This document shows, piece by piece, positions 20,420 through 30,086 of a DNA stretch of 58,285 nucleotides (the first letter of the stretch is position 1; the number at the start of each line of letters is the position of its first letter). The position numbers and the translations under genes are program-made. Location of the stretch: contig CAYWZA010000004.1 in the NCBI GenBank assembly GCA_964462785.1, positions 1 to 58,285 on the forward strand, given 5' to 3'. Source of the stretch: an uncultured Candidatus Saccharibacteria bacterium. Lineage in GTDB: Bacteria; Patescibacteriota; Minisyncoccia; Phycocordibacterales; UBA2100. A model generated the notes under the pieces. It made no database searches. It was not told where the DNA came from and saw only the letters and a list, made by a program, of their open reading frames with translations.

Positions 20420-23400
20420 CTAATTACGGGCTTCACGGGGCGCGCGCGGTCGAAAGGCGCGCTCTGAGCCACCGCTAAATTGAATATCGATGCCCAAGCC
20501 GCGCAAATGGCGTACCAAGACATTGAACGTTGCGGGAATATTCGGTTCTTTGATGCGGGAATTAAAGACGATGGAATCGAACGCTGCAGAGCGACCGAGA
20601 ATGTCGTCTGATTTGATGGTGAGCATTTCGCGCAGGGTATATGCGGCTCCGTAGCCCAAGAATGCCCACGCCTCCATTTCGCCGAGGCGCTGACCGCCAT
20701 TTTGTGCCTTGCCGCCCAACGGCTGCTGGGTCGTGAGCGAGTACGGACCAATCGAGCGCATGTGGATCTTGTCTTCCACCATGTGATGGAGTTTGAGCAT
20801 GTACATGATGCCCACAGCGATCGGCTGCGCAAATGCCTCGCCGGTGCGACCGTCAAAGAGCACGCGCTTTCCGTCATCCTGGAATCCGGCTTTTTTGAGT
20901 TCTTCGCGAATTTCCTCTTCGGTTGCCCCTGCAAATGACGGCACCACGGCCTGATAGCCAAGTGCGTCTGCTGCAAGACCCAAGTGGAGTTCGAGAATCT
21001 GTCCGAGGTTCATACGCGACGGCACGCCGAGCGGGGTCAAAATGATATCCACCGGCTCGCCGTTCTCATCGAATGGCATGTCTTCTTCCGGGAGTACGCG
21101 GGAAATAACACCCTTGTTGCCGTGGCGTCCGGCAAGCTTATCGCCCACCAAGACAGTGCGCAGCTGAGCGACTTCTATATGAATGCGCTTTATGACGCCA
21201 GACTCGAGCGTGTCGCCGTTCTCGCGTGAGAATACCTGCACCGAGACGACGCGTCCGCGCTTGCCGCCATCCATGCGGCGCGATGTGTCTTTCACATCTT
21301 TTGCTTTTTCGCCGAAGATTGAATGGAGCAGGCGCTCTTCAGGTGAAAGCTGCACTTCGCCTTTCGGAGTCACTTTACCGACGAGAATATCGCCGGGGCG
21401 CACCTCAGCACCGATGCGGACGATGCCGTCTTCATCGAGATTGCGGAGTTTAAATTCGGAAACGTTTGGAATATCGTGTGTCGTCACCTCGGGACCAAGC
21501 TTCGTGTCGCGCACGATACATTCAAACTCTTCTATATGTATCGAGGTGAAGCGCGCGTCTTTTGCCATACGCTCGGAGAGAATGATGGCGTCTTCGAAAT
21601 TTGCTCCTGACCACGGCATGAATGCCACGCGGACGTTCTGCCCGAGGGCGAGCTGACCGTCGACAGTCGATGACATGTCGGCAAGCACATCGCCGCGCTT
21701 CACTTTATCGCCTGCAGAAACGCGCGGGCGCTGGTGGAACATGGTAAAGCCATTGGTGCGTGAGAAATTCACGAGCTGGTACTCGCGCTTTTTGCCGTCT
21801 TTGTTTTCAACAACGATTTTGCGGGCATCGGCATAGGTCACCTCACCGGCTTCTTCTGCAATGATGAGGCGCCCGGAATCGCGAGCGACTGCACCTTCAA
21901 CACCGGTTGCAACCAACGGGGCTGCAGGAATAATGCATGGCACCGCCTGCTTCTGCATGTTTGAACCCATGAGCGCGCGGTTCGCGTCGTCGTTCTCGAC
22001 GAACGGAATAAGTGACGTCGCAACAGAGAAGAGCTGATTGGTGGCGACTTCGATAAGATCAACGGCTTCCCGCTTCACGAGCATCGGCTCACCGCCCTTG
22101 CGGATTTCTATGAACTTGCCCTTGAATGTGCCGTCCTCATCGCGCGGTGTCGCAGCGTGCGCGATTGCATGCCCCTCCTCATCAAGCGCATTGAGGTACA
22201 CGATTTCTTTGGTCACCCTGCCTTTCTCCACCTTCGCGTACGGCGTTTCAATGATGCCGAATTCATTTGGTCGAGCGTAGAGCGACATGTGCAGCACCAA
22301 ACCGATGTTCTTGCCTTCCGGTGTGTGCACGGGGCACACGCGACCGTAGTGTGATGAGTGCACGTCGCGCACTTCGAGTCCGGCTCGTTCGGAAGTGAGT
22401 CCTCCGGGACCGAGTGTCGAGAGCATGCGCAGGTGCTCCATTTCGTTCAATATATTGAACTGGTCCATGAGCTGCGCCAATGGATTGCTGGTGAAAAATT
22501 CCTTGACGGATGCGGCAAACGGACGTGGATTCATGATGCTCGCGGGCAGTACGGTGTGCACATCCACCATCGACATGCGATCTTGGATGTTGCGCTTCAT
22601 GCGAGAAAGACCGACGCGCATCTTTTGCTCTAAAAGCTCTCCAACGAAACGCACGCGGCGGAAACCGAGGTGGTCGATATCGTCTGAATGGAGTGCCGGA
22701 TTTTCGTTCAGACGCAATATGTGCTCAGCAATGCGCACGATGTCGTCAGCAGAGAGTGTCGGGCGCTCGATGTCCTTCCCACTCGTCGGCAAATCGAATC
22801 GGCGGTTGAAATGGAAGCGACCGACGCGGGAGAGATTATAGCGCTCATCGGAGAGAATGAGAGAAACATAATCACGCGCCGTCTCAGCGCTCGCAATGTC
22901 GCCATCGCGCAGACGGCGATAGATTTCAACTGCGGCTTCTTCAGGGGTTTTTGCGTGGTCGACTGCGAGCGTGTGTTTGATCATCTCGTCGCCGCCCGGA
23001 ACTTTTGCAAACAATTTGGTGATCTCTTTGTCATCGCTTACACCCATCACGCGCAGGAGCGACGTCAATGGGAAACGGCGCTTGCGATCAAGCTTTACAT
23101 ACATCGCTTTGTCCGGATCAGATTCTATTTCGATCCACACGCCGCGCGAAGGAATGATTTTCGCCATGAAATAATTGACACCGCGATAGGGTGCCGCATC
23201 AAAAAAGACGCCGTAGGAGCGCGCGAGCTGCGGCACGACGATGCGCTCAACGCCGTTGATGATGAAGGTGCCGTGATCCGTCATCCACGGAAAATCGGCA
23301 AGGAAAATCTCCTGCTCCTTCGTTTCGTTGGTGATTCTGTTCTTGAGTTTGACCACCACCGTGAGCGGCACTTCGTACGAGCGCATCATGCGCTTTGCAA

Positions 23401-23629
23401 AATGCTCATCCCACTTCGGCTTACCGAATTCAAATGAGCTGATGGAGAGCGAAAACTTCTTTTTGGAGTGATCTTCGATCGGGGAAAATTCCTTGAATAT
23501 CAGCGCGGTGTCCTCTGCGATCAATTTGCGGAACGATGCCATCTGCGGCTCAACGAGATTCGGCAATTCTGCTATGGGCTCTTGGTAGCGACCGAAGAAT
23601 TTCTGCGGCAGTGTTTTTTTATTTGCCAT
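20420..23629 (-). CDS. rpoB: DNA-directed RNA polymerase subunit beta
   Basis: Conserved blocks include GRHGNKGVIS, ILTPLGVPSRMN and MVEDKIHMRSIGPYS. The start is set at MANKKTLPQKFF. The ORF is open to 23662. Confidence 0.97.
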   Translation of the reverse strand: MANKKTLPQKFFGRYQEPIAELPNLVEPQMASFRKLIAEDTALIFKEFSPIEDHSKKKFSLSISSFEFGKPKWDEHFAKRMMRSYEVPLTVVVKLKNRITNETKEQEIFLADFPWMTDHGTFIINGVERIVVPQLARSYGVFFDAAPYRGVNYFMAKIIPSRGVWIEIESDPDKAMYVKLDRKRRFPLTSLLRVMGVSDDKEITKLFAKVPGGDEMIKHTLAVDHAKTPEEAAVEIYRRLRDGDIASAETARDYVSLILSDERYNLSRVGRFHFNRRFDLPTSGKDIERPTLSADDIVRIAEHILRLNENPALHSDDIDHLGFRRVRFVGELLEQKMRVGLSRMKRNIQDRMSMVDVHTVLPASIMNPRPFAASVKEFFTSNPLAQLMDQFNILNEMEHLRMLSTLGPGGLTSERAGLEVRDVHSSHYGRVCPVHTPEGKNIGLVLHMSLYARPNEFGIIETPYAKVEKGRVTKEIVYLNALDEEGHAIAHAATPRDEDGTFKGKFIEIRKGGEPMLVKREAVDLIEVATNQLFSVATSLIPFVENDDANRALMGSNMQKQAVPCIIPAAPLVATGVEGAVARDSGRLIIAEEAGEVTYADARKIVVENKDGKKREYQLVNFSRTNGFTMFHQRPRVSAGDKVKRGDVLADMSSTVDGQLALGQNVRVAFMPWSGANFEDAIILSERMAKDARFTSIHIEEFECIVRDTKLGPEVTTHDIPNVSEFKLRNLDEDGIVRIGAEVRPGDILVGKVTPKGEVQLSPEERLLHSIFGEKAKDVKDTSRRMDGGKRGRVVSVQVFSRENGDTLESGVIKRIHIEVAQLRTVLVGDKLAGRHGNKGVISRVLPEEDMPFDENGEPVDIILTPLGVPSRMNLGQILELHLGLAADALGYQAVVPSFAGATEEEIREELKKAGFQDDGKRVLFDGRTGEAFAQPIAVGIMYMLKLHHMVEDKIHMRSIGPYSLTTQQPLGGKAQNGGQRLGEMEAWAFLGYGAAYTLREMLTIKSDDILGRSAAFDSIVFNSRIKEPNIPATFNVLVRHLRGLGIDIQFSGGSERAFRPRAPREARN

Positions 23630-23767
23630 ATGCGTCGAGTAAAAGCAGTGGCGCACGGCCACGCTTTTTCAAAAGTTTTTTCTATTAAAAAATGGCTCCC
23701 GTTGCTCCCCGTACTCTGCAAAATCTTGACTGGCAGAACTATTCCATGTCTTAAAAAGTACTGGGGT

Positions 23768-23796
23768 ATCTTAGCAGATACCCCATAGTAAGTCAA
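23768..23796 (-). promoter_or_regulatory. candidate rpoBC promoter
   Basis: On the minus strand: TTGACT, 17 nt, TAAGAT. The -10 is embedded in the inverted repeat GGGGTATCT/AGATACCCC. Confidence 0.4.
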
Positions 23797-23849
23797 GTTA
23801 GCGTATGGCTGTTTTTTGACAAGGCGTTTTTCCACAGTTCCATAAACGG

Positions 23850-23890
23850 CACGAAAACGAATTGGGCTGCCAGCATGATACCGGCAGCCC
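23850..23890 (-). terminator. hairpin terminator after the Nudix-like gene
   Basis: Stem gggctgcc/ggcagccc, then a T-rich tail on the minus strand. Confidence 0.4.
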
Positions 23891-23896
23891 AAAGTT

Positions 23897-24379
23897 TTAC
23901 GCCACGAGAAGAGCTCCCGAGACTATCATATCGAGCTCTGGGCGGAAGAAGTCACGGTACAGAGGCACGAACTCGTCCCTCGTTGACTGAAGGATTTGTT
24001 CGGCGGTCATAATATCAACCACCTCGCCTTCCATACCGTACTCGCGGCGCTCCGAGTCAAATTGAACGTCAGGTACGAAGGTTACGTACCCAAACAACCA
24101 GTGCGTGTGTCGCCATTTGCGGCGCACAAGCTTTGACTGTCCTGGTTGGACGACGATTCCAACCTCTTCGTACGTCTCCCGATTTTTTGTATCCTCGGGA
24201 GTTGCGTCCACCCCGTCATCACGGGCCCCTCCGGGTGGTTTTGGAGAGGGTGTCATGCCCTCCAAAACTTTACGCCCATCGGTGACGGTGAAAATCCGCA
24301 TGCTTGGCACACCCACTACCAGATTTACACACGCCCAGTCTTTTGCATCATCTGGGACGCAGACGACCTCTTGTGTCAT
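23897..24379 (-). CDS. Nudix-like hydrolase
   Basis: RETYEEVGI matches the REUXEEXGU part of the Nudix box, preceded by PGGARDDG. The spacing of the upstream Glu is irregular. Confidence 0.55.
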   Translation of the reverse strand: MTQEVVCVPDDAKDWACVNLVVGVPSMRIFTVTDGRKVLEGMTPSPKPPGGARDDGVDATPEDTKNRETYEEVGIVVQPGQSKLVRRKWRHTHWLFGYVTFVPDVQFDSERREYGMEGEVVDIMTAEQILQSTRDEFVPLYRDFFRPELDMIVSGALLVA

Positions 24380-24454
24380 TATATTTCTCCTCTGCTATTT
24401 AGTTTTCTCCTGTTGTAATGGTTCCGCGAGAATCGCGGATTTCCACCCAAATGT

Positions 24455-24483
24455 ACTCTATCGCGAAAAGACCTGTTTGTCAA
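24455..24483 (-). promoter_or_regulatory. promoter of the Nudix-like gene
   Basis: On the minus strand: TTGACA, 17 nt, TAGAGT. GAGGAG RBS lies before the ATG. Confidence 0.5.
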
Positions 24484-24492
24484 ATTCGCAGC

Positions 24493-24520
24493 AAAAAGGC
24501 GACCGTGCACGGTCGCCTTT
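24493..24520 (-). terminator. intrinsic terminator of the 68-aa gene
   Basis: Stem aaaggcgaccg/cggtcgccttt with loop tgca. T5 follows on the minus strand. Confidence 0.65.
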
Positions 24521-24537
24521 CCTCACAATTTATTTCG

Positions 24538-24744
24538 TTATTGCCAAAGCCGTCCACTGCGGTGCGAGCATCCATCCCCTATCGGGATTTGGTTTTGAAG
24601 ATGTGGCACATCTTCAAGACCGTAGTCGAGAATATTGTCGACGGTTTCCGGAAGACCCAGTGTTGGGTCATCACAGAAACGTTTTGCATCGTCAATGTTC
24701 TCCACGAGGCTATGTCTTGCGCAACGCCTGTTATTTGTGGCCAT
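24538..24744 (-). CDS. small acidic hypothetical protein (68 aa)
   Basis: GGGAGAA RBS lies 5-6 nt before the ATG. The gene has its own promoter-like TGGACA-16-TACAAT (24791-24818) and its own terminator. No family recognised. Confidence 0.5.
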   Translation of the reverse strand: MATNNRRCARHSLVENIDDAKRFCDDPTLGLPETVDNILDYGLEDVPHLQNQIPIGDGCSHRSGRLWQ

Positions 24745-24790
24745 GGGCCGTTCTCCCTAGTATGTTTCGGCTTATGTACAAGCCGTATAC

Positions 24791-24818
24791 ATTGTACTAC
24801 TGAAAAATGAGTTGTCCA
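24791..24818 (-). promoter_or_regulatory. candidate promoter of the 68-aa gene
   Basis: On the minus strand: TGGACA, 16 nt, TACAAT. Confidence 0.4.
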
Positions 24819-24888
24819 CCACGCCAGCTCACAGCACTCGCCCCCGCGCAACTATCGTGCCCCATCGTTAAAAAACGCACTTTTCCCC

Positions 24889-24916
24889 TTGTGGGGCGCC
24901 CCCCACTTTTTATAAT
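24889..24916 (+). promoter_or_regulatory. candidate promoter of the Zn-ribbon/phosphoesterase gene
   Basis: TTGTGG, 16 nt, TATAAT. AGGAG RBS lies before the TTG/GTG start. Confidence 0.4.
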
Positions 24917-24972
24917 TCGTTCAGAGTGTACGCGTAAGACGTGCGCGTTGAAAATAACATAGGAGAAAAACC

Positions 24973-26586
24973 TTGGTGAAATCTGATCATCGCATTCGAG
25001 CGCCGGATGAAAAAAAACATTCCGGCAACGGCTACTGCCCGAAATGCGGCAGCGGCTGGGTAGTGAAAAATGCAATGACTACCAACATCGGCAGTCAGAA
25101 GCAAAATTACTTGTGCAAAACGTGCCGCCACCGTACCACAGCGCCGGCAAGCAAACCGCCCGCGCCGCCTGTGCCAATGCGCAGCACGCTTCCCAAAGCA
25201 AAACGATATCTCATCACTGCGGCACAAAATGCAACGCCCATTCATAAGGCGTTTTGGCAATCGCTTATGCAGTGTTCGAAATATTATGATGCGGAGGTCG
25301 TGGTCGTTCCTGGCCGCTACAAAAACCCTACGAGCCAATGGACCCAAGAAGACCAGAAACATGATTGGTGGGATCCGGCTGTCGTGCCGTATCTGTGCCA
25401 GGGATGGATACAACTGAATGAACGTCTCGTCATTGTGGGTGATGTGAAGGTGCAGTGGGCGGCTCGTAAGCCGCTTGTCGGACTTGACGCACTCACGAAA
25501 GACATGAGCGGTATCATCGGTCACGGCTCGCGCGGTCTGCGCAGTATCGCAACACCGCAGCACAAACACCCCAAGCTAATGTTCACCACCGGCGCATGCA
25601 CTGTGGCAAATTACACCGACACCAAAGCTGGTGCGCTCGGCGAATTTAACCACTGTCTCGGCGCATTGATTGTCGAAATCGACGCTCTGCACGGCAACGC
25701 ATTCTATGTGCGCCAACTTGACGCAACGCGCGACGGAAGTTTCATCGATCTCGACATGGAGTTTACTCCGGATAAGGTTCGTCGCGCGAAGCCGGCATTG
25801 TCGCTCACTATCGGCGACTTGCACCAACGCTGGGTGCTTCCGGAGGTGGTCGAGGCAACATTCACTGCGCCAGAAAGCCTGGTAAAAATCACAAATCCGC
25901 GTTATCTATTCTGGCATGACGTGCTCGATTTCCATTCTCGGAATCATCACCATGACGACGATTGGGTAACGCGCTACGGTAAGTGGAAATTCGGTATCGA
26001 ATGTGTTCGCACTGAAATGAATGAGGCTGTTCATTTCTTGAACAAATTCACGCCAAAAGGGCGACAATCAGTGGTTGTTTCCAGCAACCATGACCGCGCC
26101 GCGCTGAAATGGTTGAAGAAAGCCGATTTCAGGGATGACCCGGTGAATGCTCAATTTTATCTTGAATGCGCACAACGCCTCGTCGAGAGCGCACACAAAA
26201 CGAGCGGCGGTATCGCATATGACGATCCGTTTGTCAGTTATGCAAAAACGCTCGCGCATGAAAACGTCTACTTCCTTAGCGCCGGAGAGAGTAAATCACT
26301 CCTCCGTGTTGAATACAGTTTCCATGGTGACAAAGGTCCCAATGGCTCGAGGGGCAGTACGCAAAATCTCTCGAAGATGGGTATTAAGGTTACCAAAGCA
26401 CACAACCACGTCGCTGAAATTATCGATGCGTGCTACAGCGTCGGTAAATCGACGGGCATGCTCGAATACGAAGTCGGCGCACCAAGCGCCCACACCAATT
26501 CGCACGCCCTGCAATATACAAACGGCAAGCGAACCATCATTACCATCATCAACGGTCGCTATTGTCTAAAGCGCCCGAAGAAATAA
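24973..26586 (+). CDS. Zn-ribbon protein with C-terminal calcineurin-like metallophosphoesterase-like domain
   Basis: N-terminal CPKCGS...CKTCRH four-Cys ribbon. Ordered phosphoesterase-like motifs follow: IGDLH, HDVLDF, SSNHD, FHGDKG, AHNH. The middle ~200 aa are unassigned. Confidence 0.55.
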   Translation: MVKSDHRIRAPDEKKHSGNGYCPKCGSGWVVKNAMTTNIGSQKQNYLCKTCRHRTTAPASKPPAPPVPMRSTLPKAKRYLITAAQNATPIHKAFWQSLMQCSKYYDAEVVVVPGRYKNPTSQWTQEDQKHDWWDPAVVPYLCQGWIQLNERLVIVGDVKVQWAARKPLVGLDALTKDMSGIIGHGSRGLRSIATPQHKHPKLMFTTGACTVANYTDTKAGALGEFNHCLGALIVEIDALHGNAFYVRQLDATRDGSFIDLDMEFTPDKVRRAKPALSLTIGDLHQRWVLPEVVEATFTAPESLVKITNPRYLFWHDVLDFHSRNHHHDDDWVTRYGKWKFGIECVRTEMNEAVHFLNKFTPKGRQSVVVSSNHDRAALKWLKKADFRDDPVNAQFYLECAQRLVESAHKTSGGIAYDDPFVSYAKTLAHENVYFLSAGESKSLLRVEYSFHGDKGPNGSRGSTQNLSKMGIKVTKAHNHVAEIIDACYSVGKSTGMLEYEVGAPSAHTNSHALQYTNGKRTIITIINGRYCLKRPKK

Positions 26587-26590
26587 TACA

Positions 26591-26614
26591 ACCCCCGCAT
26601 GTTGCGGGGGTTTT
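26591..26614 (+). terminator. intrinsic terminator
   Basis: Stem acccccgca/tgcgggggt with a 3-nt loop, then TTTT. Confidence 0.65.
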
Positions 26615-26683
26615 ACTTGTAATAACGACAGGGGTTGAATTGGTCGTACACATCTAAATAAGTCTATGCGCGGAGCAGAAAAA

Positions 26684-29356
26684 CTACTTCACAAACGTGC
26701 TGGTGATGGTCTTTAAGTTTCCTGCGACATCTCGCGCTCGTATCCATGGCGTGCGCGTGCCGGCAGACATGCCTGCATACGACCAGATACCCTTGCATGT
26801 GGTCGTGGCGGCACAGGATGCGATGAGCGCGCCGGAGCTATTGGTCCTTCTGATAACTATTGATGTCACTCCCACATTATCGATTGCGTGTACGGCGATA
26901 TCTACGCCGCTAAATACCTTCTCGCCATACTTGGGAGTAAGGACGGTGACTATGGGCGGGGTTTTATCAATCACTTTCACCGAAATGACGCTCGATACTC
27001 CGACGTTCCCCGCGGCGTCATATGCCTTGCTTTGCAGCGTGTGCGTGCCCATGGTCGTCGAGGTTCCCGTAAACCAGACGAACGAATAGGGAGCGAGGGC
27101 ATCAGTCAAAAACAGAGCTCCATCTTTCCACAACTCCACTTTGGTTACTGCCTTGTTGTCTGAAGCGGTTGCGGTGATTGTGCTTGTTGCTGATATGGTC
27201 GCTCCATTGAGCGGTGCGGTGATCGCAGTCGTGGGCACGATGTTATCGGGCGGAACGGGAGCAATGGAGGTATAGGATGCCGACACTGATTTTTGGTGTG
27301 CTGGTATCAGCGGATCCGCGGCGCTCGTTGTAATAACATAGGTGCCGGTCAGTGCGTTTGCGTGGGGAGTGACGGTCAGTGTCGAAGTCGCAGATTTGCC
27401 TGGCAGTAGTGTGACGGTGGAGGTTGAGAGCGTACCTATCCATCCCGTGGGCAGCGCGCTCGACAAAGAGAATGTGGATTTCCCGCACAACACGTTGTCC
27501 GCATTGCTCAATGTAAGCGTGTAGTTCTTCATGACACCCGGAGCGCCGCTTTGTGACAGCGGCGAAACTGAAAGCCCCGGAGCGGACGGAACGCACTGCG
27601 GAGCTCCGAATTGCACGTTAAGGGTGACGCTGTCTGCGGTGTGGCTCATTTGCGTGACGGTGATGCCATTGGTGGGGTCGATGAAAGAAGTACCGTCTGA
27701 CAGTGGAGCATTGAGCGCGTTGTTGTCGCCAGGGGTGGTATCAATCAGCTGTGTCTGAGGAAACACGGGATAGATAGGGCTAATTGGATCGCTATTCCAT
27801 ATATGAATACTCGCTCCATTCAAAAATGCCGAGGGCAGATTTGTGTCGAAACCAATCGCCTTGCGATAGGAAACATAGTACCACTCGTTAGTATCCGCTT
27901 TTCGTATTTTAAGTATTTTAATGCCTGCCTCGTTCGTTTCTCCATGAGTAATCGTATACGCGCCGTTGGTTGTTACGGTTTGCATTTGACTTGTCGGGGA
28001 AAGCCACCCCACTCCAATTTTCTCAGGACCGTTAAAATGATTGTAGTGTTTCCAGCTATCGCCCATGACGCTCGACGGATCTCCATACTCGTCGATGGTG
28101 CAGTTTGTATATACGTGAACTGCGCTTCCCCCGCACTTGAGCCATCGAGCATGCATTGAACTAAGCGCGTGACCCATTTCGTGAGAAAACATACTTGCGT
28201 TCATGTAGGAGAAACTCCATCCGATGGTGACGGACGTGCCATCTCCCAATAAACTCCACGCGACGTCAGTGCAATCTGCAGGGCGACTATTCGCAATGTA
28301 AAATTTATGTGCATAGCTACTCACATCAATCCCTGCCGCGATAGCCATCTGATCTGCCGCCGGTCCCCACAAATCGTATGAATTGGGCCAGCACCCTGCA
28401 TTCGTATACGGCAAGGTGTACCATCCCGCCACATCGCCCTCAATGGACACTGCGCCAAACGATGTCTCCTTATAGAAAGTGCTGGTTGAACTGCTGTATG
28501 TAAACCAGGTTTGTGCAACTTGTGCAGGTGTCCATGGCTGCGTAACGCTGTTGGTGAAGTTTACTAGTATGACGAGGGTTTTGTGCGCCGCGGGAACGGC
28601 GGTCGTGGCAGCGCTGACGACCTGCGTGCCTCCGGTGCCATCCAAAAATTCGATTGGCACCAATTCGTTATCGATGCGTTTTCCATGCACCTTTACTGTT
28701 CTGCCTGTTATAAATGATGCGGGGGCATCACCCACAAAATGCACATGGTATAACTTTCGCCCTTGCGACGTTTCTACCTCAAGCTCATGGCGAGTGTATG
28801 TCGGCCCTTCGTCAAAACCATCAACATGCATGACGAGCGCCGTACCTTGCACATCAACATCCTCTTCAATAAGAGCTTGGAGCTGCGAGGGCAATTGCTT
28901 TCGCACATCATCTGACAGCGCGTGAAGCAGGAAGTTGCGCGGATTATTCTTTGCCTCTGCAACCAGTGCCGCTTTGCGTGTATGGGCAAGCGTCGATACC
29001 TCCGCGCTGATTTCTTTCCCCAAGGAACCCGGCTTCGTTGCGCGTAAGAATTGCGCATTGAGTTCGGCAAGCGCAGCTTGCGCCTGCGCCGCTCCTTGCC
29101 CCCCTTCACTAAATGTTACCCGGGGGATACTTGTGGCAGAAGCTGCCTGCACGGCGTGCGTCGCGTAGAAAAAAACCGCTACCAGCACGGTAACGTGTAC
29201 AAGCGACACGTGCGGAATACGATGCCACGCTCCGTATAGCGTACTTTTTTCAAGAAGGCGGTCATGTATTTGTTCCATATTGGGTGGTCTGTGCACACCA
29301 ATATAGTAAGCACCCGGAGTCTTCGAAATCTCTGTGTGAGTATGAGTATAGTGCAC
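26684..29356 (-). CDS. large secreted metzincin-type zinc metalloprotease (M11/gametolysin-like) with C-terminal Ig-like/CARDB-like domains
   Basis: HEMGHALSSMH fits the HEXXHXXGXXH spacing. An N-terminal hydrophobic anchor is present. The C-terminal half has repeated beta-rich Ig-like modules. An alternative start MEQIHD lies at 29278. Confidence 0.65.
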   Translation of the reverse strand: MHYTHTHTEISKTPGAYYIGVHRPPNMEQIHDRLLEKSTLYGAWHRIPHVSLVHVTVLVAVFFYATHAVQAASATSIPRVTFSEGGQGAAQAQAALAELNAQFLRATKPGSLGKEISAEVSTLAHTRKAALVAEAKNNPRNFLLHALSDDVRKQLPSQLQALIEEDVDVQGTALVMHVDGFDEGPTYTRHELEVETSQGRKLYHVHFVGDAPASFITGRTVKVHGKRIDNELVPIEFLDGTGGTQVVSAATTAVPAAHKTLVILVNFTNSVTQPWTPAQVAQTWFTYSSSTSTFYKETSFGAVSIEGDVAGWYTLPYTNAGCWPNSYDLWGPAADQMAIAAGIDVSSYAHKFYIANSRPADCTDVAWSLLGDGTSVTIGWSFSYMNASMFSHEMGHALSSMHARWLKCGGSAVHVYTNCTIDEYGDPSSVMGDSWKHYNHFNGPEKIGVGWLSPTSQMQTVTTNGAYTITHGETNEAGIKILKIRKADTNEWYYVSYRKAIGFDTNLPSAFLNGASIHIWNSDPISPIYPVFPQTQLIDTTPGDNNALNAPLSDGTSFIDPTNGITVTQMSHTADSVTLNVQFGAPQCVPSAPGLSVSPLSQSGAPGVMKNYTLTLSNADNVLCGKSTFSLSSALPTGWIGTLSTSTVTLLPGKSATSTLTVTPHANALTGTYVITTSAADPLIPAHQKSVSASYTSIAPVPPDNIVPTTAITAPLNGATISATSTITATASDNKAVTKVELWKDGALFLTDALAPYSFVWFTGTSTTMGTHTLQSKAYDAAGNVGVSSVISVKVIDKTPPIVTVLTPKYGEKVFSGVDIAVHAIDNVGVTSIVIRRTNSSGALIASCAATTTCKGIWSYAGMSAGTRTPWIRARDVAGNLKTITSTFVK

Positions 29357-29369
29357 AACCCAACTGTAT

Positions 29370-30038
29370 TTATACCGCCCTCTTCCACTCCTCTATCTTT
29401 GCGTGGTTACCGGAGAGCAGTACTTTCGGTACGCGATGCGACTTCCCTTTCCATTTCAATATTTCGGGGCGCGTGTATACCTCGGAGCTTGAGACGCGCT
29501 CGTCTTCGCGCGATTCCTCTTTCCCAAGGACTCCTTCGATGTTGCGTGCAATCGCATCAATCATGATTGCTGCAGGCAATTCGCCACCGGTGAGTATGTA
29601 CGGACCAATCGAGATGTGTTTTGCTTTAAGAATTTTCGCCACCCGCGCATCTACTCCTTCGTAATGCCCCGCAATAAAGACGATATTTTTTGCTTTCGCG
29701 AGCTGCTTCGCCATAGGCTGATCAAACTGTTTGCCTGAGGGGGAAAAGAAAAAAATGTCTGCTTTTTTTCCCTTGGTCGCTGCAGCAACTGCTTTGAGAA
29801 ACGGCTCGGGCGCGAGCACCATGCCAGGGCCGCCGCCATACGGGCGGCGATCAACGCGTTCCTTTCTATCCTTTACATAGTCGCGGGGATTATAAAAAGA
29901 AATCTTGAATTTTGCCTTCTCGCCCTTTCTTGGCTTCCCGCTTTTTAACTGCGCACGCCCTAAAATCGACGCCGAAAGATACGGCTCGATAGATTCCGGA
30001 AACAGCGTGATGATATGGAAATGAATCATGTTTGACAT
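29370..30038 (-). CDS. trmD: tRNA (guanine37-N1)-methyltransferase
   Basis: HIITLFPESIEPYLSASILGRA, GGGPGMVL and the C-terminal LLSGNHAKIEEWK. An alternative ATG lies at 30029. Confidence 0.9.
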   Translation of the reverse strand: MSNMIHFHIITLFPESIEPYLSASILGRAQLKSGKPRKGEKAKFKISFYNPRDYVKDRKERVDRRPYGGGPGMVLAPEPFLKAVAAATKGKKADIFFFSPSGKQFDQPMAKQLAKAKNIVFIAGHYEGVDARVAKILKAKHISIGPYILTGGELPAAIMIDAIARNIEGVLGKEESREDERVSSSEVYTRPEILKWKGKSHRVPKVLLSGNHAKIEEWKRAV

Positions 30039-30086
30039 AGTATATTGTTGTGGTAATGTGTCAACAGATAGCATGATGAGGCGCAC

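Noticed and set aside
24105-24803. A 232-aa plus-strand ORF spans the antisense of the Nudix-like gene and the intergenic region.
   Set aside because: It overlaps a motif-supported gene, two promoters and a terminator on the other strand. Its sequence is low-complexity Ser/Cys/Arg-rich.
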